Shown: piece after piece, positions 50,210-60,314 of the stretch
How the letters are laid out: each line of letters begins with the position of its first letter
Numbering within the stretch: position 1 is the stretch's first letter
Source of the DNA: Spirochaetia bacterium
Lineage (GTDB): Bacteria; Spirochaetota; Spirochaetia; UBA9216
Assembly (NCBI GenBank): GCA_963677925.2
Contig: CAXXYH010000003.1
Coordinates: 480,001-544,000 of the forward strand
Length of the DNA: 64,000 nt
Direction of reading: 5' to 3'
Position numbers and translations under genes: made by a program
The notes under the pieces: generated by a model
What the model was told of the DNA's origin: nothing
Database searches by the model: none
What the model saw: the letters and a program-made list of their open reading frames with translations, nothing else

Positions 50210-53200
50210 ATGGCCGCTTTTGATGATATGGATGTTTCTTTTGACGATTTAGACGACGACACCGAAATCCAAGCCGGACTTGAAGACGACAATGATGAAC
50301 TCGAAAAATACGGTGTATGGGTAAAAACAGGCCCGGTAGACGTCGAAGAATCCGAGGATGAAACCGACAGTTCTGATTTTGTACTTGAAGATCTCTCAGG
50401 CGATGATTTTGAAGAGGATTTTGATTCCGATTTTAATTTAGAAGTTGAAGATGATGAACCGGAGTATGAGGAAGAACACGACCTGCTGACTGATGAGGAA
50501 GAAAATCTTCTCAGCTCTTTGGAAGATGAGATGTCCGAAATTGAAGCTGGAATTGACGAGAATGAAGATTTCTCTTTTGACGATATAGATGATACCATTC
50601 CAACGGCTGATGACGAAGCCTCAGTTATTGACGAAGACACCTTTACATTAGAAGAACCCGAAATCGAGCTTCCTGAACTCGATATGGAAGAACCTGAAAT
50701 AGAACCGGATACCGATGCAGAATTTAATGATCTCGATGCTCTGGAAGCTGATTTAACAAATATTGAAGAAGACCTTTCCGGAAGTATGACTGAACTGAGT
50801 GAAACGGTCTCATCTTCTGACGAACTTGACTCTGTAAGCTCAAAATCAATCCTAATGAAGATAGAAGAGGAACTTCTATCCATTAAAAAGGAACTTACAG
50901 ACCTCAAATCAGAACTTTCAACTATCAAATCTGCACCCGGAGCTTCTGCGGCTGAACCGGATGAATCCGGCGGATTTTTCGAAGAAGATGAGGATGAAAC
51001 AATTGCTCTGACAGGCGATGAGCTTGATAATATACTTAACACAGCAGATATTACGGAAGAAAGCGGACAGGAAACTGAAGCCCCCGAAGAATCATATGAT
51101 TCACATACCGATGCAGTGTCCGGTGATGAACTGGATAATATTGAAGATATTGACCTTGACTCAATCAGCGGTCTGGATCTTGATGCTGAACCTGAAGAGC
51201 CCTTTATTTCAGAGGAAATAACAGATACAGATGTGGAATCACTTCTCAACGAAGAGATCCCGGCTTCAGATGACACTTTCAACCAGGATGACACCGAAGA
51301 ATTACTTTCAGGCTTTGACGGGACTGAAATTCCTGAAGAGTCACTTTCAGACACCATTGATTCAGACGATATGCCGAATGAGACTCAGCTTGATGAAAAA
51401 GAACTTGAAATTATCCATGATGAGGAGATTGACCTTTCTTCAGTTGAAGATCTCGAAATGGATGATTTTGACATCAATGAAGAAGAAAGTGACGAACCTT
51501 CTTCAGACAGCTTTGCTGATGACATTATCACAGATGTACCTGACGACATCGATCTTGATGATATAGTTCTTGAAGAACCTGAAACTGAAGAAATAGATCT
51601 TAATGACCTCAATCTGGAAGAAGAGGGACTTATTACCAGTGACGATGCTATTTTGAATAGCATTGAGACAACTGAAGAAACTTCCCCTTCTGAAGAAGAG
51701 CTTGATTTGTCTGAAATAGGCGTTCAGATTGATGATGAAGAGCTGAATCTTGATAACGATATCGAACTTGAAGAAGAGGAACTCGAAATAGACGATGATC
51801 TCTTCCTTGAAGAGATAGAAACCTCACAGGAAGATGAAGAACTGAATCTTGATGAAGTTGCTGCTGAACTTAATAACGGTGAGATTATACTGGATGATGA
51901 ACTTGGGGACACTGAATTAGAGCTCGAGGACACTGAATTAGAGCTCGAGGACACTGAATTAGAGCTCGAGGACACTGAATTAGAGCTCGAGGACACTGAA
52001 TTAGAGCTCGAGGACACTGAATTAGAGCTCGAGGACACTGAATTAGAGCTCGAGGACACTGAATTAGAGCTCGAGGACACTGAATTAGAGCTCGAGGACA
52101 CTGAATTAGAGCTCGAGGACACTGAATTAGAGCTCGAGGACACTGAATTAGAGCTCGAGGACACTGAATTAGAGCTCGAGGACACTGAATTAGAGCTCGA
52201 GGACACTGAATTAGAGCTCGAGGACACTGAATTAGAGCTCGAGGACACTGAATTAGAGCTCGAGGACACTGAATTAGAGCTCGAGGACACTGAATTAGAG
52301 CTCGAGGACACTGAATTAGAGCTCGAGGACACGGAGTTAGAGCTCGAGGACACTGAGTTAGAGCTTGAGGACAATGAATTAGAGCTTGAGGACACTGAGT
52401 TAGAGCTCGAGGACACTGAATTAGAGCTTGAGGACACTGAGTTAGAGCTCGAGGACACTGAATTAGAGCTTGAGGACACTGAGCCGGAAACCGTAGACTC
52501 TGAAATCGTTTTTGAAGATACAGATCTGGAACTTGACGAATCTGCCATTGAACTTGATGGCGAGACAATAAATCTCGAAGAAGATACTGACATCAATCTC
52601 GATGAACTTTCTTTTGAAGACAGTGAAATTTCAGAACCAGAGGAACCAACTGAAGAACCGACAGATGACATTAACCTTGACGAACTCTCTTTTGAAGATG
52701 AAGATGATAGTTTTGCAGATATAGAAGTTGGCACAACGACACTTGAGATTCCTGAAGAGGAAAACAGTCTTACTGATGAAATTGAGCTTGACGGTGAAAA
52801 ATTTGCTATTGAGACTGAATCGGCTGATTCAATGATTGATATCGAAGGCCTTGACGAGCTTGAACACCCAGATGAGACAGTAACCGATGATTTTTCAGGT
52901 GTTTCGATAGAAGAGGAACCTTTTGACGAAATTGCACTTGACGAGGAACTGGACACTGATGACATTGAAGTTTCACCGACAGAAGAATCGCTCATAGAGG
53001 ATCCTGCTCAGGTATCTCTTGTAACGGAAGAAAATATATCAGACATTTCTGAAATATCCGCTGTAGAGGATGATACTATTGCTTCTATACCTGAAGATCT
53101 CAGAGATGACATAAAATCAGTTCTCTCATATATGGATCATCTGCTTGAATCTCTTCCTGATGATAAAATTACTGAATTTGCCAAATCTGAGCATTTCGAG

Positions 53201-53242
53201 GTTTATAAAAAACTTTTTGAGGAACTGGGACTTAAATCATAA
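50210..53242 (+). CDS. Very acidic, largely disordered 1010-aa protein with short motifs and an internal tandem repeat
   Basis: AGGAG SD; ELEKYGVWVKTGP; coiled coil ILMKIEEELLSIKKELTDLKSEL; GGFF..DETIALTGDELDNIL; C-terminal helices IKSVLSYMDHLLESLP...YKKLFEELGL. Confidence 0.85.
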   Translation: MAAFDDMDVSFDDLDDDTEIQAGLEDDNDELEKYGVWVKTGPVDVEESEDETDSSDFVLEDLSGDDFEEDFDSDFNLEVEDDEPEYEEEHDLLTDEEENLLSSLEDEMSEIEAGIDENEDFSFDDIDDTIPTADDEASVIDEDTFTLEEPEIELPELDMEEPEIEPDTDAEFNDLDALEADLTNIEEDLSGSMTELSETVSSSDELDSVSSKSILMKIEEELLSIKKELTDLKSELSTIKSAPGASAAEPDESGGFFEEDEDETIALTGDELDNILNTADITEESGQETEAPEESYDSHTDAVSGDELDNIEDIDLDSISGLDLDAEPEEPFISEEITDTDVESLLNEEIPASDDTFNQDDTEELLSGFDGTEIPEESLSDTIDSDDMPNETQLDEKELEIIHDEEIDLSSVEDLEMDDFDINEEESDEPSSDSFADDIITDVPDDIDLDDIVLEEPETEEIDLNDLNLEEEGLITSDDAILNSIETTEETSPSEEELDLSEIGVQIDDEELNLDNDIELEEEELEIDDDLFLEEIETSQEDEELNLDEVAAELNNGEIILDDELGDTELELEDTELELEDTELELEDTELELEDTELELEDTELELEDTELELEDTELELEDTELELEDTELELEDTELELEDTELELEDTELELEDTELELEDTELELEDTELELEDTELELEDTELELEDTELELEDTELELEDTELELEDTELELEDNELELEDTELELEDTELELEDTELELEDTELELEDTEPETVDSEIVFEDTDLELDESAIELDGETINLEEDTDINLDELSFEDSEISEPEEPTEEPTDDINLDELSFEDEDDSFADIEVGTTTLEIPEEENSLTDEIELDGEKFAIETESADSMIDIEGLDELEHPDETVTDDFSGVSIEEEPFDEIALDEELDTDDIEVSPTEESLIEDPAQVSLVTEENISDISEISAVEDDTIASIPEDLRDDIKSVLSYMDHLLESLPDDKITEFAKSEHFEVYKKLFEELGLKS
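51908..52483 (+). repeat. Coding tandem repeat, 27 x 21 bp (GACACTGAATTAGAGCTCGAG; DTELELE) plus a partial unit
   Basis: Units 1-20 are identical (51908-52327); units 21-27 carry variants; no spacers. Confidence 0.97.
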
Positions 53243-55053
53243 TGGATGTTCAAACTAATAAGTCCGGCCTGCTCGGCAGGGCTCTGCTTTTAAATGTTAC
53301 TGATTCAATTGAAGATATCAAACTGGATTCAGGTGAATATCATGAAGAAGCCGGTATTAATGATAATATAGAAGATCTTGTTCCAATAAACGGGGATGAT
53401 TTTGAAGATCATATTGACGATTTAATTGAAGAAGTAGATGAAGATGAATTCAATTCAGACATAGACGAAACAGAAACATCAGAATCGTCTGATTCAGAAT
53501 TTACAGAAGTAGAGGAAGAGATCTTTGACGACAGTGAAATTGAAGAGCTCGAAGAAGTAATTGAGGAAATCGAAGAAGTAACTGAAGAACCTGAAGAGGT
53601 AATTGAATTAGAAGAAGATTTTACTGAAGATGAATCGATTGAAGTTATAGAAGAAATTGATGAATTTGAAGATGATTCTGAAATTACAGATCTTGAAGAA
53701 GCCGTAGATGATGAAGAAAGTGTCGAAGAAATCAATGAAGATATAGAAATTTCAATAGGTGAAACCGACATAGAAATAGATGATGACTTTTCCGATTTGG
53801 AAGAGATTGATGATCTTGAAGATGAGGACTCTATAGTTGAGATAGATTCTCCCGATTTTAATGATGATCTGCTACCCTCACCTTCAGAGACGGAAGAAGA
53901 AACTGAAGAAGAAATCTCTGATCTTGACGGTTTAGATGACCTTGAAGATCTAGAAGAACTTCCAGGTGCTGATGATGCTGATGACGATATTGAGGAGCTT
54001 CCCTCATTAAATTTTAAAACTGAAAATGGAAACACCGAAAATCTTCTAAGCATTGACGCACTGCCCGAAAGAAAAATCAATTCTTCGACAAAGACGCTTC
54101 CTGTAGATATCCTTAATTCTGATATTAAATGGAACTATGATCATGATAAACTTAGAACAATGGTTCGAAATCTATCAGGCAGTCTTGAACTTCCCGCTGA
54201 AATATTTAAAGCAGCCCGTGAATATTTTTTAATTAAGTCAGGTATAATGCTTACTTTTGATTCAGAAAATGAAATTCTTCATCCATTCGCTTCAACAGGA
54301 ATTGATCAGACAAGCCTTAGAAGATGCCGTATTAGTTCTGAATTTTTAAAAAAGAAAAACATTCTGATGAATGGCGATTCAATTTTCTTAAATCTCCAGA
54401 AGTCACTTTTTACCGATTTCTTTTCAAAAAGACAGCTTGATATTACTGAATCTTTTAATATTCTCGTATTTATGTATCAGGATAAACTTTCCGGTATAAT
54501 GATAATTCTTGATTCTCCTGCGCTCCGCGACAGTCATTTCCAGGAAGCTGCTTATTTCTTCATTTCAAAAACTTCCGAAATGATGTTCAAAAATCGAGTT
54601 AATCGCATTGCGAAACTTTCATCGGCCGGCAACCTGCCTGCGATAGATTTTAATGATATAACCTCTAATGTTATCGATTTCTATGAAAGAAATGGAATAG
54701 AGCTTCATCAGGAGATTAAATTCACACTGATTGATTATTCAGGAATCATTAAATCTTTTGAATCATCCAACTCTCTTGTAGATACTTTTAATATTGAAAA
54801 GGATATTACGAAACTTCTTTTTTCAATGACAACAGATAAGGACTGCTTTCTAAGGGTCAGAGGCTATCGATTCTTTATCGGATTCTTTTCAGGTTTACGT
54901 GTTACGTCCGATATACTTAGAAATCAGATTAAGACTGCAGTATACTCAGTTTTTGATAAAAACAATATCGATTCTCCTCCTAGTGTTTCTATTTTTCAGT
55001 CTAATATTAATGCTGAAGAACTTGATAACCATATTAAAAATATCACAGAATAA
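53242..55053 (+). CDS. Protein with long acidic N-terminus and C-terminal GAF-like plus possible degenerate nucleotide-cyclase-like domains
   Basis: TAATG coupling to the previous gene; D/E-rich to about aa 255; then folded-looking IKSGIMLTFDSE..HPFASTGID...LSGIMIILD. Confidence 0.7.
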   Translation: MDVQTNKSGLLGRALLLNVTDSIEDIKLDSGEYHEEAGINDNIEDLVPINGDDFEDHIDDLIEEVDEDEFNSDIDETETSESSDSEFTEVEEEIFDDSEIEELEEVIEEIEEVTEEPEEVIELEEDFTEDESIEVIEEIDEFEDDSEITDLEEAVDDEESVEEINEDIEISIGETDIEIDDDFSDLEEIDDLEDEDSIVEIDSPDFNDDLLPSPSETEEETEEEISDLDGLDDLEDLEELPGADDADDDIEELPSLNFKTENGNTENLLSIDALPERKINSSTKTLPVDILNSDIKWNYDHDKLRTMVRNLSGSLELPAEIFKAAREYFLIKSGIMLTFDSENEILHPFASTGIDQTSLRRCRISSEFLKKKNILMNGDSIFLNLQKSLFTDFFSKRQLDITESFNILVFMYQDKLSGIMIILDSPALRDSHFQEAAYFFISKTSEMMFKNRVNRIAKLSSAGNLPAIDFNDITSNVIDFYERNGIELHQEIKFTLIDYSGIIKSFESSNSLVDTFNIEKDITKLLFSMTTDKDCFLRVRGYRFFIGFFSGLRVTSDILRNQIKTAVYSVFDKNNIDSPPSVSIFQSNINAEELDNHIKNITE

Positions 55054-55055
55054 TA

Positions 55056-56612
55056 ATGTACAATTTCCGTGAAACCAGATCAGGAAATGAAACTGTTGAA
55101 ATAAACGGTCTGTTTCTTCACTCTAGTTTTGACCCTGTCAGAGAAGCAAAACGTTTCGTAAAATCAAATTTTAACAGTAACAGCACAACAGTTGTGTTGA
55201 TCTGTCCTGGGCTGAATTATATTGCCGCAGAAATTCGCAAAGACTGCTGCCATAATATTAAAATAATCTCACTTTATGCCTCCAGTATTTTTGCAGACAA
55301 AGACAATAATAAATCAGATTTTATATGGAATGCAGAGAGTAATTTACCTCTTAAAACTTTCCTAACATCAGTTTTAAATGAATTAGATATTGAAGGTTTT
55401 TCACTGCTTAAATGGTCTGCATCAGAAACCATCTTTAAAAAAGAAACAGCCTCAATTGAAAATGTACTAAGTCAATTTATCCGTGAGCTTCATGGAAACA
55501 TTACTACTATTTCAGGATTCGGTAAAATAATGTTTTCGAACTTTATTCGTAATTACAAGACGATTGAGAAGACCTTCAATATTACCGGAAAATCCGATTT
55601 AATTTTAATAGCAGCCTCAGGGCCTGGTCTTTCTGAAAGCATCAGTATTATTAAAAAAATACGAAAATCAGTTTTCCTGATTGCACTACCCTCTTCAGTT
55701 TCCTGTCTGCTTAATAATGAAATAGTACCTGATCTAATTATCTCTACAGATCCGGGATATTATGCCTCATTGCACCTCAGCAATTTAGAAATCCCGATTG
55801 CAGCACCGCTTACCGGAGCTCACAGCAGTAATATTCATAATATAACAGTTATTTTTACTCAAAATTATTTTCTTGAGAATGAAATCTTAAATAGCGAATC
55901 AGATTTTCTAAAAATTTCTTCGAATGGAACGGTAGCAGGTTCAGCATTAGGGCTTTCAGCGGTACTATCCAATTCATACATTATCTTCTGCGGTCTTGAT
56001 TTATGTTTTTCAGATATACAGGATCACTGCCGTCCTCACACTTTTGACAATCTAATCGAAACTTCGACCAATAGAACAAATCCTCTTCATAACACTTATT
56101 ACAACCGGAATGCATTGAATAGTTTTAAAATCGGTCACGGATTAGATAGACGCAGCCACGCAATGGAAGCTTATTACGGTTGGTTTGTTTCAAACAGCAG
56201 AAGGCTATCTAACAGAGTTTTATTTCATAATCCCCAAAAAAGAGCTCCTTCAGGATATAAAATATTAACTGATGCTCAGTTATTATCTTTATCTGAAAAT
56301 TGCGTTAATAATATTTCATTCACTGATAACAATAGATACAATGACGATTATACTCGAAATTCACTTATACAAGAATATTTAATAAAAGCCCAGGATGAAA
56401 TCAGACTATTTAAATCAGATACCGTCAATTCACTTAAAGATATATTAGCAAACCCTGATAAAAGTATTTTCTTTAATCTGTTTTTACCCCGGCTTCTTGA
56501 AATGAAAACCAGATATAATAAAGTTTCAGTGGACAGTCTTACTGAAATGGGTAATAATCTTGCAGAAGAAGCTGAAATCTTTATTAATAAAACAAGCAGA
56601 TATGTTAACTAA
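55056..56612 (+). CDS. Motility-associated factor (Maf)/DUF115 family protein
   Basis: LHSSFDPVREA, IAASGPGL, PDLIISTDPG, GTVAGSA, GLDL. Confidence 0.85.
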   Translation: MYNFRETRSGNETVEINGLFLHSSFDPVREAKRFVKSNFNSNSTTVVLICPGLNYIAAEIRKDCCHNIKIISLYASSIFADKDNNKSDFIWNAESNLPLKTFLTSVLNELDIEGFSLLKWSASETIFKKETASIENVLSQFIRELHGNITTISGFGKIMFSNFIRNYKTIEKTFNITGKSDLILIAASGPGLSESISIIKKIRKSVFLIALPSSVSCLLNNEIVPDLIISTDPGYYASLHLSNLEIPIAAPLTGAHSSNIHNITVIFTQNYFLENEILNSESDFLKISSNGTVAGSALGLSAVLSNSYIIFCGLDLCFSDIQDHCRPHTFDNLIETSTNRTNPLHNTYYNRNALNSFKIGHGLDRRSHAMEAYYGWFVSNSRRLSNRVLFHNPQKRAPSGYKILTDAQLLSLSENCVNNISFTDNNRYNDDYTRNSLIQEYLIKAQDEIRLFKSDTVNSLKDILANPDKSIFFNLFLPRLLEMKTRYNKVSVDSLTEMGNNLAEEAEIFINKTSRYVN

Positions 56613-58266
56613 TTCATTATTCGAACGAAATCTATTATCGCTTTCACTGCGCCACAAGGATCTGTCTGTAAGATTATCAAATTGTAATAAATCTGATAAT
56701 ACAGAATTTAAGGATTCAAAAACCGGACTGCCTGTTCCCATGATCAAATATAACGGCAGAGATTTTGCTCTTCATAGTCTATTTGACCCCATAAAAGAGG
56801 GTAAACGCTATTCAGAATCGGTACATGGCGGCGGATACATTGTTATATTCGGCATGGGTGCCTGTTATCATATTAAGGGGCTTCTTGACCGTAACGATAT
56901 TAACGGAATCCTTATCATCGACAAGGATATAACTGTTTTAAAGGCAGTCCTGTTATCTATTGATCTTTCTGATATTCTTTCAGATGCCAGAATTACTATT
57001 TTAATTGATGAAACGATAGAGTCAATTAAAGATTTTCTTTTATCAAGTTATCTTCCTGCTGTTATGGGTGATTTCCAGACTATATATCTTCGATCAAGAG
57101 TTGAAACCGAAAAAAATTATTTCAATGCAATAGGTGATTCCATAAAGGATATACTTGATGCACTTTCTGATGACTATACCGTCCAGACATGGTTCGGCAA
57201 AAAATGGTTTATTAACTCACTTGCTAATTTAGAAGCAGCGCAAAATTCAACAACTATAATTCCGCCGGCAAAAAAAGTGCTTATAGCCGCTGCCGGTCCA
57301 TCTCTGGATATTCAGCTTGACGATCTTATTAAAAGACGGAGAGAAAGTTTTTTAATTTCAACCGATACTGCTCTGCCAAGTCTTATGAGTCATTCTATAA
57401 AACCTGACCTTGTAATTTCAATAGATTGCCAGCAGATAACTTATCATCATTTTATGGCCGGATATCCTGAGGATGTTCCCCTGGTACTGGATCTGGCTTC
57501 GCCTTCATTTCTTACAAGACTTACAGATAAAACATTTTTCTTTACAAGCGGACACCCTTTTTCAAAATATATAAACCGTAATTGGAGACAGTTTCCTTTT
57601 ATAGACACATCCGGCGGGAATGTCACACATGCAGCGCTATCACTGGCAGACTCACTTGGCGCTGCTGAGATTTACCTTTACGGAACCGATTTCTCTTATC
57701 CTGAAGGTAAATCATATGCAAGGGGTACATATATCTATCCATATTTCGGCAGCAGGGCTGTTAGAACCTCTGGAATTGATTCAAATTTCTATAACTTCCT
57801 GCATCGTAATGAGAACATCAATCTTGTCAAAACAGATTACGGTTTCCGGTATACTACCAGACCGATGCTAAGCTACCGCGAGAGGCTGGAAAAGTTTTCT
57901 ATTAATGTAAGAGGCAAAATAATTCCTGTTCCGGGACAGGGTGAAAAACTCGAAATAGTTCAGAATACGAACAAACCTGCAGCAAATTTTACCAGCTTTT
58001 TTTCTGCCGGGAAAAGCAGATCCAGCTGGTATGATTTTCTGGAGAACTACAGAAAAAAAATTCTTGAACTGCCGGAACCCGCGGATCCGCTTTCAGTATA
58101 TTTTTCAATGCTGGATTTTACTGTAACAGACATATGGACAACACTTTTTCCAATTGCCGCAGTTTACCGGAAAAAATACCGAAACAGTAATTTCTCATCC
58201 TCGGAGATACTTAGAAAAGTACGTCTATGGGCTCTAGAAGCCACCGGGATTTATCTTAATAAATAA
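56602..58266 (+). CDS. Motility-associated factor (Maf)/DUF115 family protein, second paralogue
   Basis: LHSLFDPIKEG, FGMGACYH, AAAGPSLD, TDTA, PDLVISID, SGGNVTH, GTDFSY. Start MLTNSLFERN (56602) preferred. Confidence 0.88.
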   Translation: MLTNSLFERNLLSLSLRHKDLSVRLSNCNKSDNTEFKDSKTGLPVPMIKYNGRDFALHSLFDPIKEGKRYSESVHGGGYIVIFGMGACYHIKGLLDRNDINGILIIDKDITVLKAVLLSIDLSDILSDARITILIDETIESIKDFLLSSYLPAVMGDFQTIYLRSRVETEKNYFNAIGDSIKDILDALSDDYTVQTWFGKKWFINSLANLEAAQNSTTIIPPAKKVLIAAAGPSLDIQLDDLIKRRRESFLISTDTALPSLMSHSIKPDLVISIDCQQITYHHFMAGYPEDVPLVLDLASPSFLTRLTDKTFFFTSGHPFSKYINRNWRQFPFIDTSGGNVTHAALSLADSLGAAEIYLYGTDFSYPEGKSYARGTYIYPYFGSRAVRTSGIDSNFYNFLHRNENINLVKTDYGFRYTTRPMLSYRERLEKFSINVRGKIIPVPGQGEKLEIVQNTNKPAANFTSFFSAGKSRSSWYDFLENYRKKILELPEPADPLSVYFSMLDFTVTDIWTTLFPIAAVYRKKYRNSNFSSSEILRKVRLWALEATGIYLNK

Positions 58267-59080
58267 TACCTGCATAACCTACAAAAGATCTTGAAGGCTG
58301 AATATCATAACTGCAGGCATAATCAACAAGCATACCTGATTTAATATTCATAAGGCCTGCAAATACTGCAGCTGCAGCGGCCGCTCCCGGAGAACATGCT
58401 GAGGTCTCACTTAAAGCTGTATTAATAATATTATCAGGATTCATTGCTATCATCGCATCTATCATCCTTTGATCATTTATATTTTTTACCCAGCTTACAG
58501 GGTCATTCAGTGAATCCATAGGTGCAAAACCGTAGTTTGGACCATAGTGAGTCAGATCCGTAGATCCTACTACTGCACCTGAAACTCCCTGGTCATCAAA
58601 AATATTTTTCAGTTTTTCTGCCAATATAATGCTTTTAGAATCTGAAGGTGCACGCAGCCACAGGATCTCTGCATCCGGCGCCATTTGATTAATCATGGGC
58701 AGCAGAACCTCAACTGTGTTATCTGCGTAAACATCTTCTTTAACAGATATTTCCTTCTTTAAACATCCAAGAATACCTGCTGAATTTTTAGCTCTGCCAT
58801 TATCCGGAAGTTCAAAATAATCTTCTGAGGCAACAAGTATCGGATTCCCCGGCGGTAAATGTCCGCCAATTACAGCTATAACATCCTTATTGGAACAAAG
58901 CTTTTTTAATGTCTTTGCTGCTGTTCTTCCTGAAAAATACCATCCAGCATGGGGAACGACTGCAGCAGAAGTCATTTCATCATACTCCACTCCTTCAGTC
59001 CAATTATCTATCATTTTTTTGATATTATCACTTCTGGTTGGATACCATCCTTCAGGAAGCTTTCTGAAACGCATAGACAT
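58256..59080 (-). CDS. amrB: AmmeMemoRadiSam system protein B (MEMO1 family)
   Basis: GWYP, VPHAGWYFSG, STDLTHYG, SACSPG, FVGYAGI. Confidence 0.9.
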   Translation of the reverse strand: MSMRFRKLPEGWYPTRSDNIKKMIDNWTEGVEYDEMTSAAVVPHAGWYFSGRTAAKTLKKLCSNKDVIAVIGGHLPPGNPILVASEDYFELPDNGRAKNSAGILGCLKKEISVKEDVYADNTVEVLLPMINQMAPDAEILWLRAPSDSKSIILAEKLKNIFDDQGVSGAVVGSTDLTHYGPNYGFAPMDSLNDPVSWVKNINDQRMIDAMIAMNPDNIINTALSETSACSPGAAAAAAVFAGLMNIKSGMLVDYACSYDIQPSRSFVGYAGIIY

Positions 59081-59147
59081 AGTGCAGCCTCTCTTTTTTA
59101 TTAAAAAATAGTATATACATATTTTTTTCTACCGAATATTATTATAT

Positions 59148-60314
59148 ATGGTTAAAACATCGGTTAAAATATATTTTGCGGTAAGTTTGATATTTTTTAT
59201 AGCCCTTGCAGGCTACATATGGTACTCAATAGATGGATTCAAAAAAAACGGTGATACAGCTGCGGCTGATATTATCAATGTTCTGCAGAAAGATGCAGAA
59301 GTTTCTTTTTCGCTTTCGAAAGGCTTTTCCGGAAGCGGGTTCAGCCAGCACGTACGTGAGATCATGAGCAGTTACCCTGAATTATCGGGACTGATTATCT
59401 ATAGTAAACTTGAGGGTCCTGTTTATTTCAGTATTTATGATAAGAAGATTATAAGTTCAGATCCTTCAGAAATTTCGGAATGGAAGGGGCAGCCAGATTT
59501 CAATCTCTATAACCCCTTCTTTACTCAAAGATCTGTCAAATTATCCGTTCCTTCAAGTGATCTTTTTTTAACCATCGTGGTTAATACTTTTACCCGTTCA
59601 TCAATACTTCCGGTACTTAGAAATTCACTTGTGCTCGCCGTACTTTTTCTTCTCGTAACAGGGATATTCCTCAGCATCAACGGCAGTAGAAATCCATCAT
59701 TGACCTCAAATGATCGGCCATATACCGAAAATGGGAAAGTAGATAAGAATGATGGACCTTCTGAAGAAATACTTGATAAGCAGGCAGTTTCGGTTGCTGA
59801 TTCTAAGCAAAAAGCAGATACGGGAAGCCTTTTCTCTCCAAAGAGCGGTCTAGTATGGGAACATCTTTTACCCGAGCGTCTGTCCGCTGAGCTCAAAAGG
59901 GCAGCTTCATTTGATCAGGATGCCTGCTTAAGCTTTATAAGTATAAAGAGTCCCTCCGGATTCATACCTTACAGAAATATTTCCGAACTTATTATTGAGC
60001 ATTTTAATTATAAGGATCTTGCGTTTGAATATGGCAATAGCGGATTCTGCATTATTATACCTGACAAGGATATTGATGAGGGTCATACAGATGTTGAGCG
60101 CTTTAAAAAAAGTATTCTGAATCGTTTTCCGGAATCAGCCTTTAAAATATACGCAGGCCTTACATCACGAAACGGTCGGCTTCTTAACGAGGAACGTATG
60201 ATTCATGAAGCAAAGGTTGCCCTTGCAAAGGCGGAAAAAGAAACAGACAGTTCAACAATAGCTTTCAGAACCGATTTAAAGAAATACAGGCAGTTTATAG
60301 CTACAAAGGTTTAA
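59148..60314 (+). CDS. Two-TM membrane protein with a degenerate GGDEF-like domain
   Basis: SPKSGL, ELKRAASFDQD; FEYGNSGF in place of GGDEF. Confidence 0.7.
   Translation: MVKTSVKIYFAVSLIFFIALAGYIWYSIDGFKKNGDTAAADIINVLQKDAEVSFSLSKGFSGSGFSQHVREIMSSYPELSGLIIYSKLEGPVYFSIYDKKIISSDPSEISEWKGQPDFNLYNPFFTQRSVKLSVPSSDLFLTIVVNTFTRSSILPVLRNSLVLAVLFLLVTGIFLSINGSRNPSLTSNDRPYTENGKVDKNDGPSEEILDKQAVSVADSKQKADTGSLFSPKSGLVWEHLLPERLSAELKRAASFDQDACLSFISIKSPSGFIPYRNISELIIEHFNYKDLAFEYGNSGFCIIIPDKDIDEGHTDVERFKKSILNRFPESAFKIYAGLTSRNGRLLNEERMIHEAKVALAKAEKETDSSTIAFRTDLKKYRQFIATKV

Noticed and set aside
51908-52483. CRISPR array
   Set aside because: Units are head-to-tail with no unique spacers, are in frame inside a CDS, and no cas genes are present.
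50197-54080. Long Ser-rich antisense ORFs (50197-51357, 51724-52995, 51885-52568, 53409-54080)
   Set aside because: Shadows of GAA/GAT/GAG-rich sense codons and of the repeat; the plus strand has the SD, motifs and operon coupling.
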